DNA of 64,000 nucleotides from Heptranchias perlo (Eukaryota), in NCBI RefSeq assembly GCF_035084215.1, contig NC_090325.1:185938001-186002000 (forward strand), in the 5' to 3' direction. Positions 37,855-50,088 of the stretch are shown piece by piece. The translations under genes were made by a program, and so were the position numbers. Position 1 is the first letter of the stretch. Each line of letters opens with the position of its first letter. The notes under the pieces are model-generated. The model saw nothing but the letters and a program-made list of their open reading frames with translations, made no database searches and was not told the origin of the DNA.

Positions 37855-38260
37855 ATAGAAAGGCTGTAGCATTTATATAGCGCCTTTCACTGCCTCAGGA
37901 TGTCCCAAAGTGCTTTACAGCTAATTAAGTACTTTTGAAGTGTAGTCACTGTTATAATGTAGAGAAACCCGGCTGCCGATTTCCGCACAGCAAGGTCCCA
38001 CAAACACCAATGAGATAATCTGTTTTTTTAGGTGTTGGTTGAGAGATAAATATTGGCCAAGACACCGGGGAAAACGCCCCTGCTCTTCTTCGAATAGTGC
38101 CGTGGAATCTTTTACATTCACCTGAGAGGGCAGATGGGACCTCGGTATAACGTCTCGCCCGAAAGACGGCTCCTCTTAACACTGCACTGGAGTGTCAGCC
38201 TAGATTTTGCGCTCAAAGTCCCTGGAGTAGGGTTTGAACCCACAACCTGCTGCCTAAGGC
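37855..38260 (-). mobile_element. Deu-domain SINE
   Basis: Reverse complement of the Deu core and head (tttgaacccacaacc). Confidence 0.85.
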
Positions 38261-38729
38261 ATTGGAAGAGTAACCTTTTTATTTGCACCATCTGTAGTGA
38301 CAACACAAGAGCCTTGTTATCACTGAGCTTGTGCTAAGATTCAGAACACAAACCTTGGCCCTCACTGTTCGTAAGCTATTTCACTCTATGCATTATCTCA
38401 CCGGTCCAATAATTAAATAAATAAATGAGGGAGTCATGGGAAACATTTGGCAGAGTGCACGGATATATATTCAACGTACATATAATAACATACTATAAAA
38501 GTGTGAGCTATCACCAGATGTGAAAGTAGAGCAATGCAATATTTTGCTAAAACATAGAATGATGTCAACACCATGTTAAGAAAAGAAAACCTAGAGTAAT
38601 TGTTAACTAAACAGATAAAGTTAATAAGGCGTATGAGCAGGGTAATGTCGTGATTATGGTACTGAACTAGCAACTCAGAGGTGGTGAATTCGTAAACCCA
38701 TCATTGGCAAGTTGTAAAATTGAATTCAG

Positions 38730-39220
38730 GCACCGCTCCTCAGGAAGGATATATTGGCCTTGGAGGGGACACAGCGCAGATACACCAGAATGATACAGGG
38801 GCTTAAAGAGTTAAACTATGGGCACAGGTTGAATAAACTTGGCTTGTATTCCCTTGAGTTGAGGGGTGGTCTGATCAAGGTGTTTAAAATAATACAAGGA
38901 TTCAATAGATACAGAGAATCTATTTCCTATGGTGGGGGAGTCCAAAACAAGGGGGCACAATCTTAAAATTAGAGTTTGGCTGTTTAGGAGTGAAATCAGG
39001 AAGTGCTTTTTCACACAAAAGGTAGTTGAAATCTGGAACTCTCTTCCCCAACAGGATTTATCTCAGACTTAAAAATTTTAATTAAGCTTTTTATTCGGTA
39101 AGGGTATCAAGGGATGCAGATCAAAGGCAGGTAAATGGAGTTGAGGTACAGATCAGCCATGATCTAATTTAATGGCGGAGCAAGCTCGAGGGGCTGAATG
39201 GTCTACTCCTGTTCCTATGT
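38730..39220 (+). mobile_element. CR1 3' fragment nested in a SINE
   Basis: LRKDILALEGTQRRYTRMIQGLKEL (ORF 38754-38966) and a CR1 3' UTR. Confidence 0.85.
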
Positions 39221-39471
39221 AATTCTGGTCATCTATGGGCCAGTATCAGAAAAAAAAAAATCATCAAAATGCCAACTGGTTCATTAATGTCCTTCAGGGA
39301 TGGGAACCTGCCATCCCTATACGGTCTGGCCTACACATGATTCCAGTCCCACATTATGCAGCTGTCTCTTAATGCCCTCTGAAATAGCCTGGCAAGCCAT
39401 TGAGTTGTAAAGAAGAAAATTGCTGAAAGAAGGCCCTCCATTACCTTTTGAGGACAGCTAGGGCAATAAAT

Positions 39472-39862
39472 CAGTACCACAAACCACCTTCAGGTTTTAC
39501 GGTGATTGTAATATTTGTATATGGAAGCTGCCTCAGTTAAACATGGGGCTTGTGCAAATCATTTGCTCCGGGCGAATCAGCATTTAATGGCTCAGGAGTG
39601 CTTTTCAACATACTGAACGATGCGAGGAGGTCTAAACTCCACCTGACAAAGCAGATGTCAAGCTGTTGCTATTACCTTCTCTGTGGCAACTCTTCACAAC
39701 TGCTACACAATGAAAACTGCTACTTTCCTTCGCTATGTGTCATAGAATCATAAAATCTTATGATTTTAAAAGGAGGCCATTCGGCCCATCGTGCCTGTGC
39801 CGGCTCTTTGAAAGAGCCATCCAATTAGTCCCACTCCCCATAGCCCCACAAATGTTTTCCTT
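39472..39862 (+). repeat. Dispersed direct copy of 57537-57955 (unique DNA plus CR1 tail)
   Basis: Long shared blocks such as caaaccaccttcaggttttac and aaatcatttgctccgggcgaatcagcatttaatggc. Confidence 0.9.
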
Positions 39863-42544
39863 TGCTGGCCTTGCCAACGTCACTTGCATCCTGAGAACAA
39901 ATATTTAAAAAAAGCTTTTTAAATCCCGTATTGTGCAAACCTAATGACAGAAATCTCGAGTTTGTTTTACCAATCTAATCTTAATGATAAAGTGCCTTTT
40001 CGCCAGTCATCATCACAGTGATATAAAAGTATTCAACGTGCTGCACCAACTTTACAGTCCACTCAATTAACCTGAGGGTCCCAGGCACCAGCCTGAAGTA
40101 ATTAGTGAACGTCTCACTTACACTCAAGTAGCTGGCTTGGTGAGCTGTGCTAACAGGATTTATTCTGTAGACAAGACTGGGCCCACAGCTGCAAAGTGTG
40201 CAGTCACTGAGATTTATGACATTGACATTCCAATATAATTGGCAACACTCAATCACAGCATGAGCCGTGGAAAACACTCGCGAGTTGTGTTGCACTTGGT
40301 GACTGTCATGATGCAGAAACATACTCTGTACTGCTGAGTACTGGAGGAACTCTTAATATCTCCAGTCAGATTTATAAATGAGCGCAGATAATTATAAACT
40401 GAATGAACTACTCCAGGCCAGGGAATTTTGCCAGCTAAATCATCACAGATTAATAACCACCAGTGTATTTTAAATCAATTGGCGATGGTATCAGTTTGGT
40501 GCTATTCTGGGTGTACAAGAAAGTCCACTCGTGTGCGCTTTCCTGCGCTAGCATTGTGAGTACTGGTGCAGGCTCTGAATAGCTTTAGGATATATGACAT
40601 ACAAACTTTGCCTCCAAGACATTGTCAGTTTATCAGTCACTCAATAGGTGCTGCCTTTGAAATTTGTCAATAGCCCAGCAGTTGTTGGCACACAGTGCCC
40701 GATCTGGTACAGTACCTGCTGATTACAGCTCCTCTCAGAGGTAACAATGCACAGTGCCCCCCAAATATTACAAATGGTGTCAATATCGTACCACTAATCA
40801 ACAGCTCCCACTGGGCGAATATTTCACTGGGCACGATGAACAACGGATTCCCATTAGGGTTTATTCTTCGTTAATTTACACTAAGCAGCAACGATTGCTT
40901 CCCCTCCCATCACGGCCAGATAGTTCTGACAGCAGATTAACAGAAGGGAACGACTTTTTCCAATAGATTAAAAATAGTTAGAAGTCAAAATGTCCCCATG
41001 TTCCTTGGCTGTGTATCCGACTTCTAATGCATCTGTGACATCAGTGACCAGCTGCCCCCAAATCCACAGAGGGAAGTGGACAGCAGATATGTCCTCGCTA
41101 GGAAACGGAACATTTGTGTGCACAGAGTAGAAAATTAAAGCTTTCTGACATACCCGGTATCATAAAATAAAGCAACTAATTATGGTGTTGTATCAAAGTG
41201 CTAATTATCAACCATTAACATTCACAGTCATAACGATACAGGAAAGTTTTGCCAGGTAATGATAGATAGAACAAGTGTGCAGTGCACACACACATACACC
41301 TATGCCCATGTATACTGTGTATTTGGGTATATAAGGCCTGTTTGTGTACATATGTATTTCTGTAACCATACATCGACATTACCTGATCTCCTGCAACGTT
41401 GCTCATCGGTAATCTGGGATTTGGAGCACAGCCGTTATGATTAGCTGCTAAAATGAAGCAGTGTTTAATCTTTAAGGCCATTGCTCAGACGCTGCATGTG
41501 GGGAGGATATCTAAATAGGTTCATTCTGAGGTCAAGTACAGGGTAGCTACTGCTTGTAAATCCATGGCTCTTGCCCTTGGACAGAGGTTAGATCAGAAAG
41601 ATAAAGCAGGAAGTAAATGGCTCTTTTAGATGTAAGATCTTTTTGAGTATATCTCTCCTGCTTATGGTGAGTCAGAGGTTTTATAAGAATAGGAGTCTTA
41701 TTTCAATTTGTATTATCAATAATGTAGATTTATCAGTATTGGGGGTGTCGCTTGCATCTAGGAGCATTGGGGAGGGGGTCTGACATTTGGTAGTACTGAG
41801 ATGGGCCCTCGGGGTCAAGCAGTATTATGACGGAGCTCTGGGATCCAAGAGCACTGGTAGGAGGAGTCACAGGATTGGAAAGCACTGGGAAGGGGGCCCT
41901 GAGGTCGATGAGCACTGCAGAGGGGGTCTCTGGGAGTATTATGGCAGATACTCGGATTTGGGATCTGGTAGAGGGGTCCTGAGATCTGGAAGCATGGGGG
42001 TGTTCCTGGGATCAACGAGCAGTGGGAATGGGATCTAGGGTCTGGTGAGCACCAAATCTGGGAGAAAATCCTACGGTGGGGGTTTAGGAAAGCTAGGGAG
42101 AAGCGCCTGGGAGCATCGGGAGGCCAGAGACTGACAGCAATGGGGATTTGCCAAATCCAGTAGTATTTCAGGGCGAGGTCTAACAGCCTTGGAGGCAGGG
42201 GCCCAGGAGAATGAGACTCTTCTACTCTTGGACCATCTTGCACACCTACCACATCCCCCTCCTCCCGACCCTTCCACTTGCCTGACTCGGGCACAGTCTC
42301 ACTGATTTAAGTTCCTGCCCTGAAACATTGGTGAGTTTTCCGACTTATACAAACAAACAAAAATGATCTCATAAAACACTGAAACATTTAATTTCACACA
42401 GTTTCCACGATGTTATACAAATAATTACCTTTTAGCCCCGAAGATGATGTTCTGTTTTTCTCAGATTTCTTACACTGAATTTAGAGCCAAATGAAGAGGG
42501 GAGGAGTTTGACATGAACAGCAGCCAATCAGAGGGAACCATAAG

Positions 42545-42655
42545 CTACAATTTTAACCTCCATGGAGAGTAGAATCGGACGGAGTGCATAAAACGGGCGT
42601 CCGACCCGAACCAGCCCCCGTCCCGACAGGCAGGTTAGGTTAAAATCGGGGTTCC
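42545..42655. mobile_element. MITE (same family as 63204-63325)
   Basis: Termini caattttaacct / aggttaggttaaaatcgggg. Confidence 0.55.
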
Positions 42656-43432
42656 AGTAATTCCAGATAAGTTTAAATCACTTGGATAAGCAAACAAATC
42701 TTTTTTAAAAAGGATGCCCAAGTGGTTGCCCATTCAAAATGAGAAAGGGTGACTCAAAATTTGTGACACAGGAAATGAGTTTATATGGACAGGAAGTGCA
42801 TGCGGAACACAAGACTTTTAATATATTGCAGGTACACGTGCACTCTAGCAGGTCTCTCGTGTCTTTGTTCAAGGTAAATTGGAAGATTTGCTTATTTTGT
42901 AAGGATGGAAGCTTTGTACCATGAAATGCACGGTGTATTATTCTGCTGCTGAGCTGTAGCTCTGTGTAACCTGGTTAGAACCTTTGGCTGCAGATTTTTG
43001 CCACCTTAACCCAATCTTTTCCTGATGGTCTCTTCTTGATCTTTAATCGGTGTCCGGATCTGCCTAAGAGCAATCAGTCTCTAATTAACCTCGGAAAGAC
43101 CCGACACCTTCCCATTCCCAGACTTTTCCCTATCTTCAGTGAGAGTGTGGACACCCCACATCTATTCCCCCCCTCTCCCCGTGCCCCCTCACAGCCTGCT
43201 AAAACCATTTAAATTGTGGGACCCACCCTGACCCCACCAACTTTGGCTGGGTCATGACCGGGGGTCAGGATGGGCACAGCTTGGCACAAATGCTGAGGTG
43301 CCCCACCCCAGAGATTCTCAGGGCCTGAGTTTTCTTTTTCTTTTTTTATGTGATCTATAAAGTTTGCATGAAATGTGATGAACACATTTCTAATATATAT
43401 ACACACTGAAAGAGACAGAACGAGAGAAGGGT

Positions 43433-45290
43433 ACCTGTCACTGTACTGTAATAGCAGGTTACCACTCACTGTACTGTAATAGCAGGTTACCACTCACTGT
43501 ATTGTAATAGCAGGTTACCACTCACTGTACTGTAATAGCAGGTTACCACTCACTGTACTGTAACAGCAGGTTACCACTCACTGTATTGTAATAGCAGGTT
43601 ATATTTTGTTGTACTATAATAGTAGGTTATCTTTTGCTGTATTGTAATGGCAGGTTACCACCTACTGTATTGTAATAACAGGCTACCTGTCATTAAACTG
43701 TAATAGCAGGTTACCACTCACTACTGTAATGGGAGGTTATCTTTTGCTATACCATAATAACTTGTTAGCTCTCACTGTACTGTAACAGCAGGTTACCCCT
43801 CACTGTACTGTATTATCTGGTTACCCCTCACTGTACTGTAACAGCAGATTACCTCTCACTGTACTGTAACAGCAGGTTACCTCTCACTGTACTGTAATAG
43901 CAGATTACCTCTCACTGTACTGTAACAGCAGATTACCTCTCACTGTACTGTAACAGCAGGTTACCTCTCACTGTACTGTAACAGCAGGTTACCTCTCACT
44001 GTACTGTATTATCTGGTTACCCCTCACTGTACTGTAACAGCAGGTTACCCCTCACTGTACTGTATTATCTGGTTACCTTTCACTGTACTGTAATATCTGG
44101 TTACCCCTCACTGTACTGTATTATCTGGTTACCTCTCACTGTACTGTATTATCTGGTTACCCCTCACTGTACTGTAACAGCAGGTTACCCCTCACTGTAC
44201 TGTATTATCTGGTTACCTTTCACTGTACTGTAATATCTGGTTACCCCTCACTGTACTGTATTATCTGGTTACCTTTCACTGTACTGTAATATCTGGTTAC
44301 CCCTCACTGTACTGTATTATCTGGTTACCTTTCACTGTACTGTATTATCTGGTTACCCCTCACTGTACTGTAACAGCAGGTTACCCCTCACTGTACTGTA
44401 TTATCTGGTTACCTTTCACTGTACTGTAATATCTGGTTACCCCTCACTGTACTGTAATATCTGGTTACCCCTCACTGTACTGTATTATCTGGTTACCTCT
44501 CACTGTACTGTATTATCTGGTTACCTCTCACTGTACTGTATTATCTGGTTACCTCTCACTGTACTGTAACAGCAGGTTACCCCTCACTGTACCGTATTAT
44601 CTGGTTACCCCTCACTGTACTGTATTATCTGGTTACCTCTCACTGTACTGTAACAGCAGGTTACCCCTCACTGTACCGTATTATCTGGTTACCTCTCACT
44701 GTACTGTAACAGCAGGTTACCCCTCACTGTACTGTATTATCTGGTTACCCCTCACTGTACTGTATTATCTGGTTACCTCTCACTGTACTGTAACAGCAGG
44801 TTACCCCTCACTGTACCGTATTATCTGGTTACCCCTCACTGTACTGTATTATCTGGTTACCCCTCACTGTACTGTATTATCTGGTTACCTCTCACTGTAC
44901 TGTAACAGCAGGTTACCCCTCACTGTACCGTATTATCTGGTTACCCCTCACTGTACTGTAACAGCAGGTTACCTCTCACTGTACTGTATTATCTGGTTAC
45001 CCCTCACTGTACTGTAACAGCAGGTTACCCCTCACTGTACCGTATTATCTGGTTACCCCTCACTGTACTGTATTATCTGGTTACCCCTCACTGTACTGTA
45101 TTATCTGGTTACCTCTCACTGTACTGTATTATCTGGTTACCCCTCACTGTACTGTATTATCTGGTTACCTCTCACTGTACTGTATTATCTGGTTACCTCT
45201 CACTGTACTGTAACAGCAGGTTACCCCTCACTGTACTGTATTATCTGGTTACCCCTCACTGTACTGTAACAGCAGGTTACCTCTCACTAC
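43433..45290. repeat. Minisatellite, 28-bp unit, about 66 copies
   Basis: Unit cactgtactg[taacagca|tattatct|taatagca|taatatct]ggttacc[c/t]ct in tandem, with no unique spacers. Confidence 0.95.
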
Positions 45291-46414
45291 AATAGCAATC
45301 ACTGATCATCCTTTCCTTAGGCTGTGCAACCAGAGATAGCACAATAAGAAGCACGAGAGAATGCCCCTCTGTGAAAATAGAAGGCTGCAATGCACTCAGA
45401 CTCATTGAGGAAAACACAATGCTACACATGCGTTCACTCAGAGGCTGACTCAGCAAATCCAAACAAATCACTAACGGTTTCCCTCTGGGTCTTCTTTGGA
45501 AGTGAGTTCAAACCACCTTGGTGCTTTATTGTGCAGTGTGTATCCTAATGGTCTTTATACTTGATTAATGCACGAGAAAACCTTAATCAGTCTGCTCCCA
45601 GCCCCAACGCTCTGTGCAATCACTGATGTGCTTTAGAGGCTGGCACAAAGAAAAATGCACATTAATGCATTCATGAAATACATTTAACGTGTCCTCGCCT
45701 CCAAACAATTCATTACAAGGTCCTGGGGAATTATTGCCAATATCACAGTTCCACCTGGGCAGTATTTGTGCCTGGTGCTTCACCGCTCTCATTTAGCGAG
45801 GCCCCAGCCCTGGCCCCACAACACCTTTCACTTCACTTAGCGGCTGCCAATTGACAAAACAATGAAGGATGGATGTTCAGGTTGACACTTTGCTTGTCTG
45901 CCTTGTTCCAGAGCCTGAGTCAGAAGCTGCAGTGCGCTTGGTAGTGTTGAGGATTTACTGCTGCTACTATAACACATCAAAAATTAATCAGTTTGCTAAC
46001 CCACAAACAAATCCTTTCTTATCCTACTCCCCACGCAATAATCAAGTGAGTGGCCGGGCTTTACAGCAAGCTCCATCTTTACATAGGCTGCGTTTTTGTC
46101 GCTGTTCCAATTACGCTGCCGTCTTTCCACAGCTTGCTGACAGCTCTGCGTGAAATACAGATCGACAAGGGCACATTGCAAGTAACGCACCGAGGGGGCA
46201 TCCAATTATGTTATAAGCCGTACTGGAAGCTACTCCCTTCTGTGGAGCAAAAGTCTTGCGAAGACTCATCAACATGATCTGAGCCTTCGATATACATTAC
46301 AGCATGGAGACACACTTAAAAAATTCAAAGGAAAATAAGTACTAAGGCCCTGAAACTGCATGGATCGCAAGCCAGGATGGGGCCCACCAGTGCTTTCTAA
46401 CACTGGCCTCTCTA

Positions 46415-46570
46415 GATTTTTTTTTAAAATTCAATCTCAGGATATGGGCGTTGCCAATAAGGCCGGTATTTATTGCCCGTCCCTAGTTGCCCTGAAAAGG
46501 TGGTGGTGGGCCTTCCTCTTTAACTGAGTAGCAGTTTGATGCAACTGAGTGGCTTGCTCAGTAACTTCAA
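46415..46570 (-). mobile_element. SINE 3' part with family B tail
   Basis: tttattgcccgtccctagttgccctgaaaaggtggtggtgggcc...caactgagtggcttgct. Confidence 0.7.
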
Positions 46571-46908
46571 CAATGGCGGGGGGGGGGGTTGGAGTTCAGT
46601 GAGAGCGGCCTCTCATTGGGGTGGGCCCAGTAGGTGCCCGACACCATTACAGGCACATCTCGGACGCCCACAAAGGCCAGAATTCCAGCGCCCACTGCCA
46701 CCGGAAGCGGGGGGGACATTGCCCGGTCTCCCTCCCCTCCCCCAAATATTAATATATTTTTAAAAAATCTACACGTTCTTTGGTCCATTCTCTGGGACAG
46801 GCTTTTATTAGTTCTCGATGATATGGAGAAATACGGTGTGTATACATTAGAATGTAAATTATTTACAGATCTCTGCTTGGGACTACCGATCGCATTTAAA
46901 AGAGACAT

Positions 46909-47063
46909 TGGGGTGAATTGTCATCGGTGATCTGACAGAGCAGATCATCCCGTCCGATGCCATTTATTTCAATGGAATGAAAAATCAGGTGGGTCCTCCA
47001 GCAGGTGAGCGATGCGTTCCATCAGGTCACCGTCCCAAGTGGGGCAGGTGAAAAATATCCCCC
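46909..47063. mobile_element. MITE, degenerate
   Basis: Termini ggggtgaattgtcatc / ggtgaaaaatatcccc; central ttcaatggaa motif as in the 49740 copy. Confidence 0.45.
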
Positions 47064-47539
47064 AATATTACCACTCTCCTCCTCCCACACAAATCCAATG
47101 GGCCAGGCTGACTGACCCGGAAACTCTCTGCCACCATTCAGAAGAGAGTGGGCTGGACACAAGTTAGGGAGACAATGCTGCTATTGTTGAGCTCAGTGTG
47201 GGCAATAGGGTTTGTGTGTGTCCAATGATTTTGCAACACCAATTATACGGGGTGGTGTGATTTACTCCCCCTCGCTCAGTACACTTTCCAGCACCAATAG
47301 CAATCTATGTTCTACAGTGAAAATGAACCTAAACCAAAGCTTTCATGTAGACTTCAATGTTTATTCTCAAATGAAGCCAACTGGCTCTGAAGTTCTCCCA
47401 CTTAATTATTAGTTGTACAAGTTATTCTGCCGGCAGCAGATAAAGATTAGACAATCTTTGCAGTTGAATTACCCATTTCTTAATCCATTCCACTAAAATC
47501 TGTAACAGAACATAAAAGTACATGGTCCTTACTCACCCC

Positions 47540-47760
47540 ATGATGTATCAGTGAGTAAATGCACTGTGTAATAAGGCACTGAAACACATAGGCCAGATAG
47601 GTCCCAGGTTCAATTCTTGTTCTGGGTTGAGGCAGTTTGGCAGCAAAGGTGTGCGGCAATTGGCTTCTGGCAATCGAGAGGGAGAAAAATTCAGCCAATG
47701 ATCCAATCCATTGACTGGCCTGAGTCCACATGTAAGTGCGGTCTCACGGGCTAGACATCA
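47540..47760 (+). mobile_element. Family D SINE
   Basis: gcactgaaacacataggccagataggtcccaggttcaattc...aattggcttctgg...gagggagaaaaattcagcc. Confidence 0.45.
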
Positions 47761-48295
47761 CCCATTCATAGTCAACAGACAAAGGTATGAGCCTGAGAGT
47801 GAAACTGCCCTATTTCATCACTTGGAACACCAAGGGAGAAAAATTCGATAAGGCCTATTATTGGGCGCGGGTACCCGCTATTAACCCGCGCCAAATGGCC
47901 CCTGCGCAGGCAGGACGAGACTTTCGTGAGGCCTGAGGACTTACCTGCAAGCCGCGTTGAAAATCCGCATTGACACGAGGATTCAATGCAATTCGCACTT
48001 TCCACCAGCAGGGGGAGCCCCAATCTCTTAAAGGCAGGCTGTCTCTGAAAACCTCTTAAAGGGAGCCAGTACCTGTTATTTGCTAAAAATAACAGTCTAC
48101 TTTCTGCACGGAGTCTGAATGGAGATTAGACATTGCACACGTCAAACAGAGATGGAGGTCCCGTTTCTATGTTTACACACTGATGAGTTATGTTAAAACA
48201 TTGACTGAAGGTTGCACATTACTAAATCCCATATCGTCCATTCTGCATGCCAGACGTCACCAATCTAAGTTGGTACCAGGCCTGCGAGAGTGGAT

Positions 48296-48805
48296 GCACC
48301 AAGATTCTCAGATGATGCACTAGAGGCCTTGGTGCAAGAGGTGGACAGAAGGACGGAAGGGGGGTGGGGGCAAGAGACCCTCCGACATATACCCAAAAGG
48401 CAGTGGGAGGCACCGGTGAATTAAGTCAATACCAGGCACACAGCATCATGAACATGGATGCAGTGCAAGAAGAAGTTCAATGCTTTGACATGAGTCGTCA
48501 AGGTAAGTGAGCTCAACTGTCAAGTGGCATCTCCAACCAACTGCACCATTAGCCACATCCACTGGTCCACGCACTACACCCCCATCGCCCACATACCAAT
48601 AAACTCTTTCCCTCAGTACTCAACTCTGCCAATCAGATGCTTCCTCTCACCTTTACACATTACCACTGTTGCAAGCCATCTACCCACAACTCACAGGCCA
48701 CAAATACTGGCAGCTATTCAACCATGACAGACACATCACCCAGACACACGTTCCGCTTTGTTGCAGGAGAAGCTGGCGCAAATCAGGAGGCAGCAAGTGG
48801 CAGTG
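48296..48805 (+). pseudogene. Myb/SANT-like (Harbinger ORF2, NAIF1/MSANTD-type) DNA-binding protein remnant with a phase-0 intron at 48503-48766
   Basis: APRFSDDALEALVQEVDRR...TWMQCKKKFNALT*VVK|gtaagt...ttgcag|EKLAQIRRQQVA. Two TGA stops are consistent with CGA decay; frameshifts present. Confidence 0.7.
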
Positions 48806-48807
48806 GC

Positions 48808-49080
48808 AATTAGCCCCTTGAGCCTGTACCACCATTCAATGAGATCATGGTGGACCTGTGACCTAACTCCATATACCCGTCTTAGCCCCATATCCCTTAA
48901 TACCCTTGGTTCACAGAAATCTATCAATCTCAGATTTGGAATTCACAATTGAGCTAACATCAGGTGCCATTTGCAGAAGAGCGTTCCAAACGTCTCCCAC
49001 CCTTTGTGTGTAGAAGCGTTTCCTAACTTCACTCCTGCACGTAATGGCTCTAAATGTTAGGCTATGTCCCCTAGTCCTAG
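48808..49080 (-). mobile_element. CR1 3' fragment nested in the Harbinger derivative
   Basis: Reverse complement of ...TRGHSL...RKRFYTQRVGDVWNAL plus the 3' UTR (cattcaatgagatcatgg). Confidence 0.75.
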
Positions 49081-49739
49081 TATTCAAGTATAGGAGACCT
49101 CCAAAAACAGTTACAAGTGTATCGACAGCCAGAAGCCACTAACCTATAAATCCTGAATGGTCCCTTTAAAAGTGCTGGTGGGGGTCCTCCAGGCACTCTA
49201 AGACACATTCAGGTGGTCGTGGTTAAGACTGTGCGTTGAGTTGAGCGTTAAGTTCCAAAATGGTGTCTATCACTTTAAATCAGCGTTACACACTGATTGT
49301 ATCCATTTTCTCCTTACTTTACATGTTGCCGGCATTCGGTATTTGTGCATGCGCTAACTCCTATACCAAGATGGCGTCCGGCTGGAAACATGCATGCGCA
49401 GCCAAGACGCCATCTTGCACCTCCAGGAGGCCGCACAGCGCCGAAACAACGGGCGCTAGACACCCCAATTTAGTGCCCCGAGACTCTTCACACATACTCC
49501 ACCCTCTGTTTTTACCGTCTACACAGAAACAGTCTGCCTATCTCGCAATGATAAAGCTTCCCTTGTTGATGTACAATAGAATTTAATGAAAATTAAATCA
49601 GAATTTCCAGTGGTGGGGGGGTCCTACAATCAAGACGTGTGATTTGAACTGCAGGGTTTTCTATAAGGTTTTACTTCCCCTACCTGCTGCATATAAAAAA
49701 AAACAGGAGACAGATCCTGGAAACTCACTGGATACAATG

Positions 49740-49896
49740 AGGTAGAAAGTCGACTTGGGCGGTAACGCAAAACGTGCGATATCGCGTCGGCCGCCTGTCA
49801 TATTGAAGTCAATGGAACATCGAGCTGGATGTGAAACGGGCGGCCGATCTGATACGGCCCGTTTTGCGCCAGCGACCAAGACGAATTTCTCACCCC
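49740..49896. mobile_element. MITE with long imperfect inverted repeats
   Basis: ggtagaaagtcgacttgggcggtaacgcaaaacg / cgttttgcgccagcgaccaagacgaatttctcacc; central ttgaagtcaatggaa. Confidence 0.65.
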
Positions 49897-49987
49897 GTAT
49901 TTATCCAGCGGGTGGATCTGACTGAATTCTAAAACTGTCGCTATTGACTCATACAAAGGAGACGAGGACATTTAGTTTATTAAGCCT

Positions 49988-50088
49988 GCATTACAACAGT
50001 AAATACTTCATTGACTGTAAAGCGCTTTGGTACGTCCTGAGGTCGTGAAAGGCGCTATATAAATAAATGCAAGTTCTTTCTTTCTTTA
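49988..50088 (+). mobile_element. Deu-SINE 3' tail
   Basis: tacttcattgactgtaaagcgctttggtacgtcctgaggtcgtgaaaggcgctatataaat. Confidence 0.75.

Larger units (their letters stand above)
38640..39915 (+). mobile_element. tRNA SINE with family B LINE tail, split by two later insertions
   Basis: Putative head at about 38640-38730; body ctggttcattaatgtccttcagggatgggaacctgcc at 39275-39470; the tail resumes tgctggccttgcc at 39863. Confidence 0.65.
47834..49480 (+). mobile_element. Harbinger-type transposon derivative carrying a Myb/SANT-like gene remnant
   Basis: GGG...CCC ends with weak TIRs, CpG-rich subtermini, and an internal Myb/SANT-like coding remnant. Confidence 0.6.

Noticed and set aside
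41740-42300. ORF 41815-42294 and the G-rich segment as a gene
   Set aside because: Low-complexity gggatct-type repeats resemble the reverse of the C-rich interiors of the non-autonomous elements; no recognisable protein.
43433-45290. CRISPR-like array (a 28-bp period with a variable segment)
   Set aside because: The variable part is only a few recurring 8-bp variants rather than unique spacers, there are no cas genes, and the context is vertebrate. It is a minisatellite.
46131-46185. Possible small host exon (tttccacag|...gcaa|gtaacg, LLTALREIQIDKGTLQ)
   Set aside because: The donor is weak, the peptide is unrecognised, and no partner exons were found.
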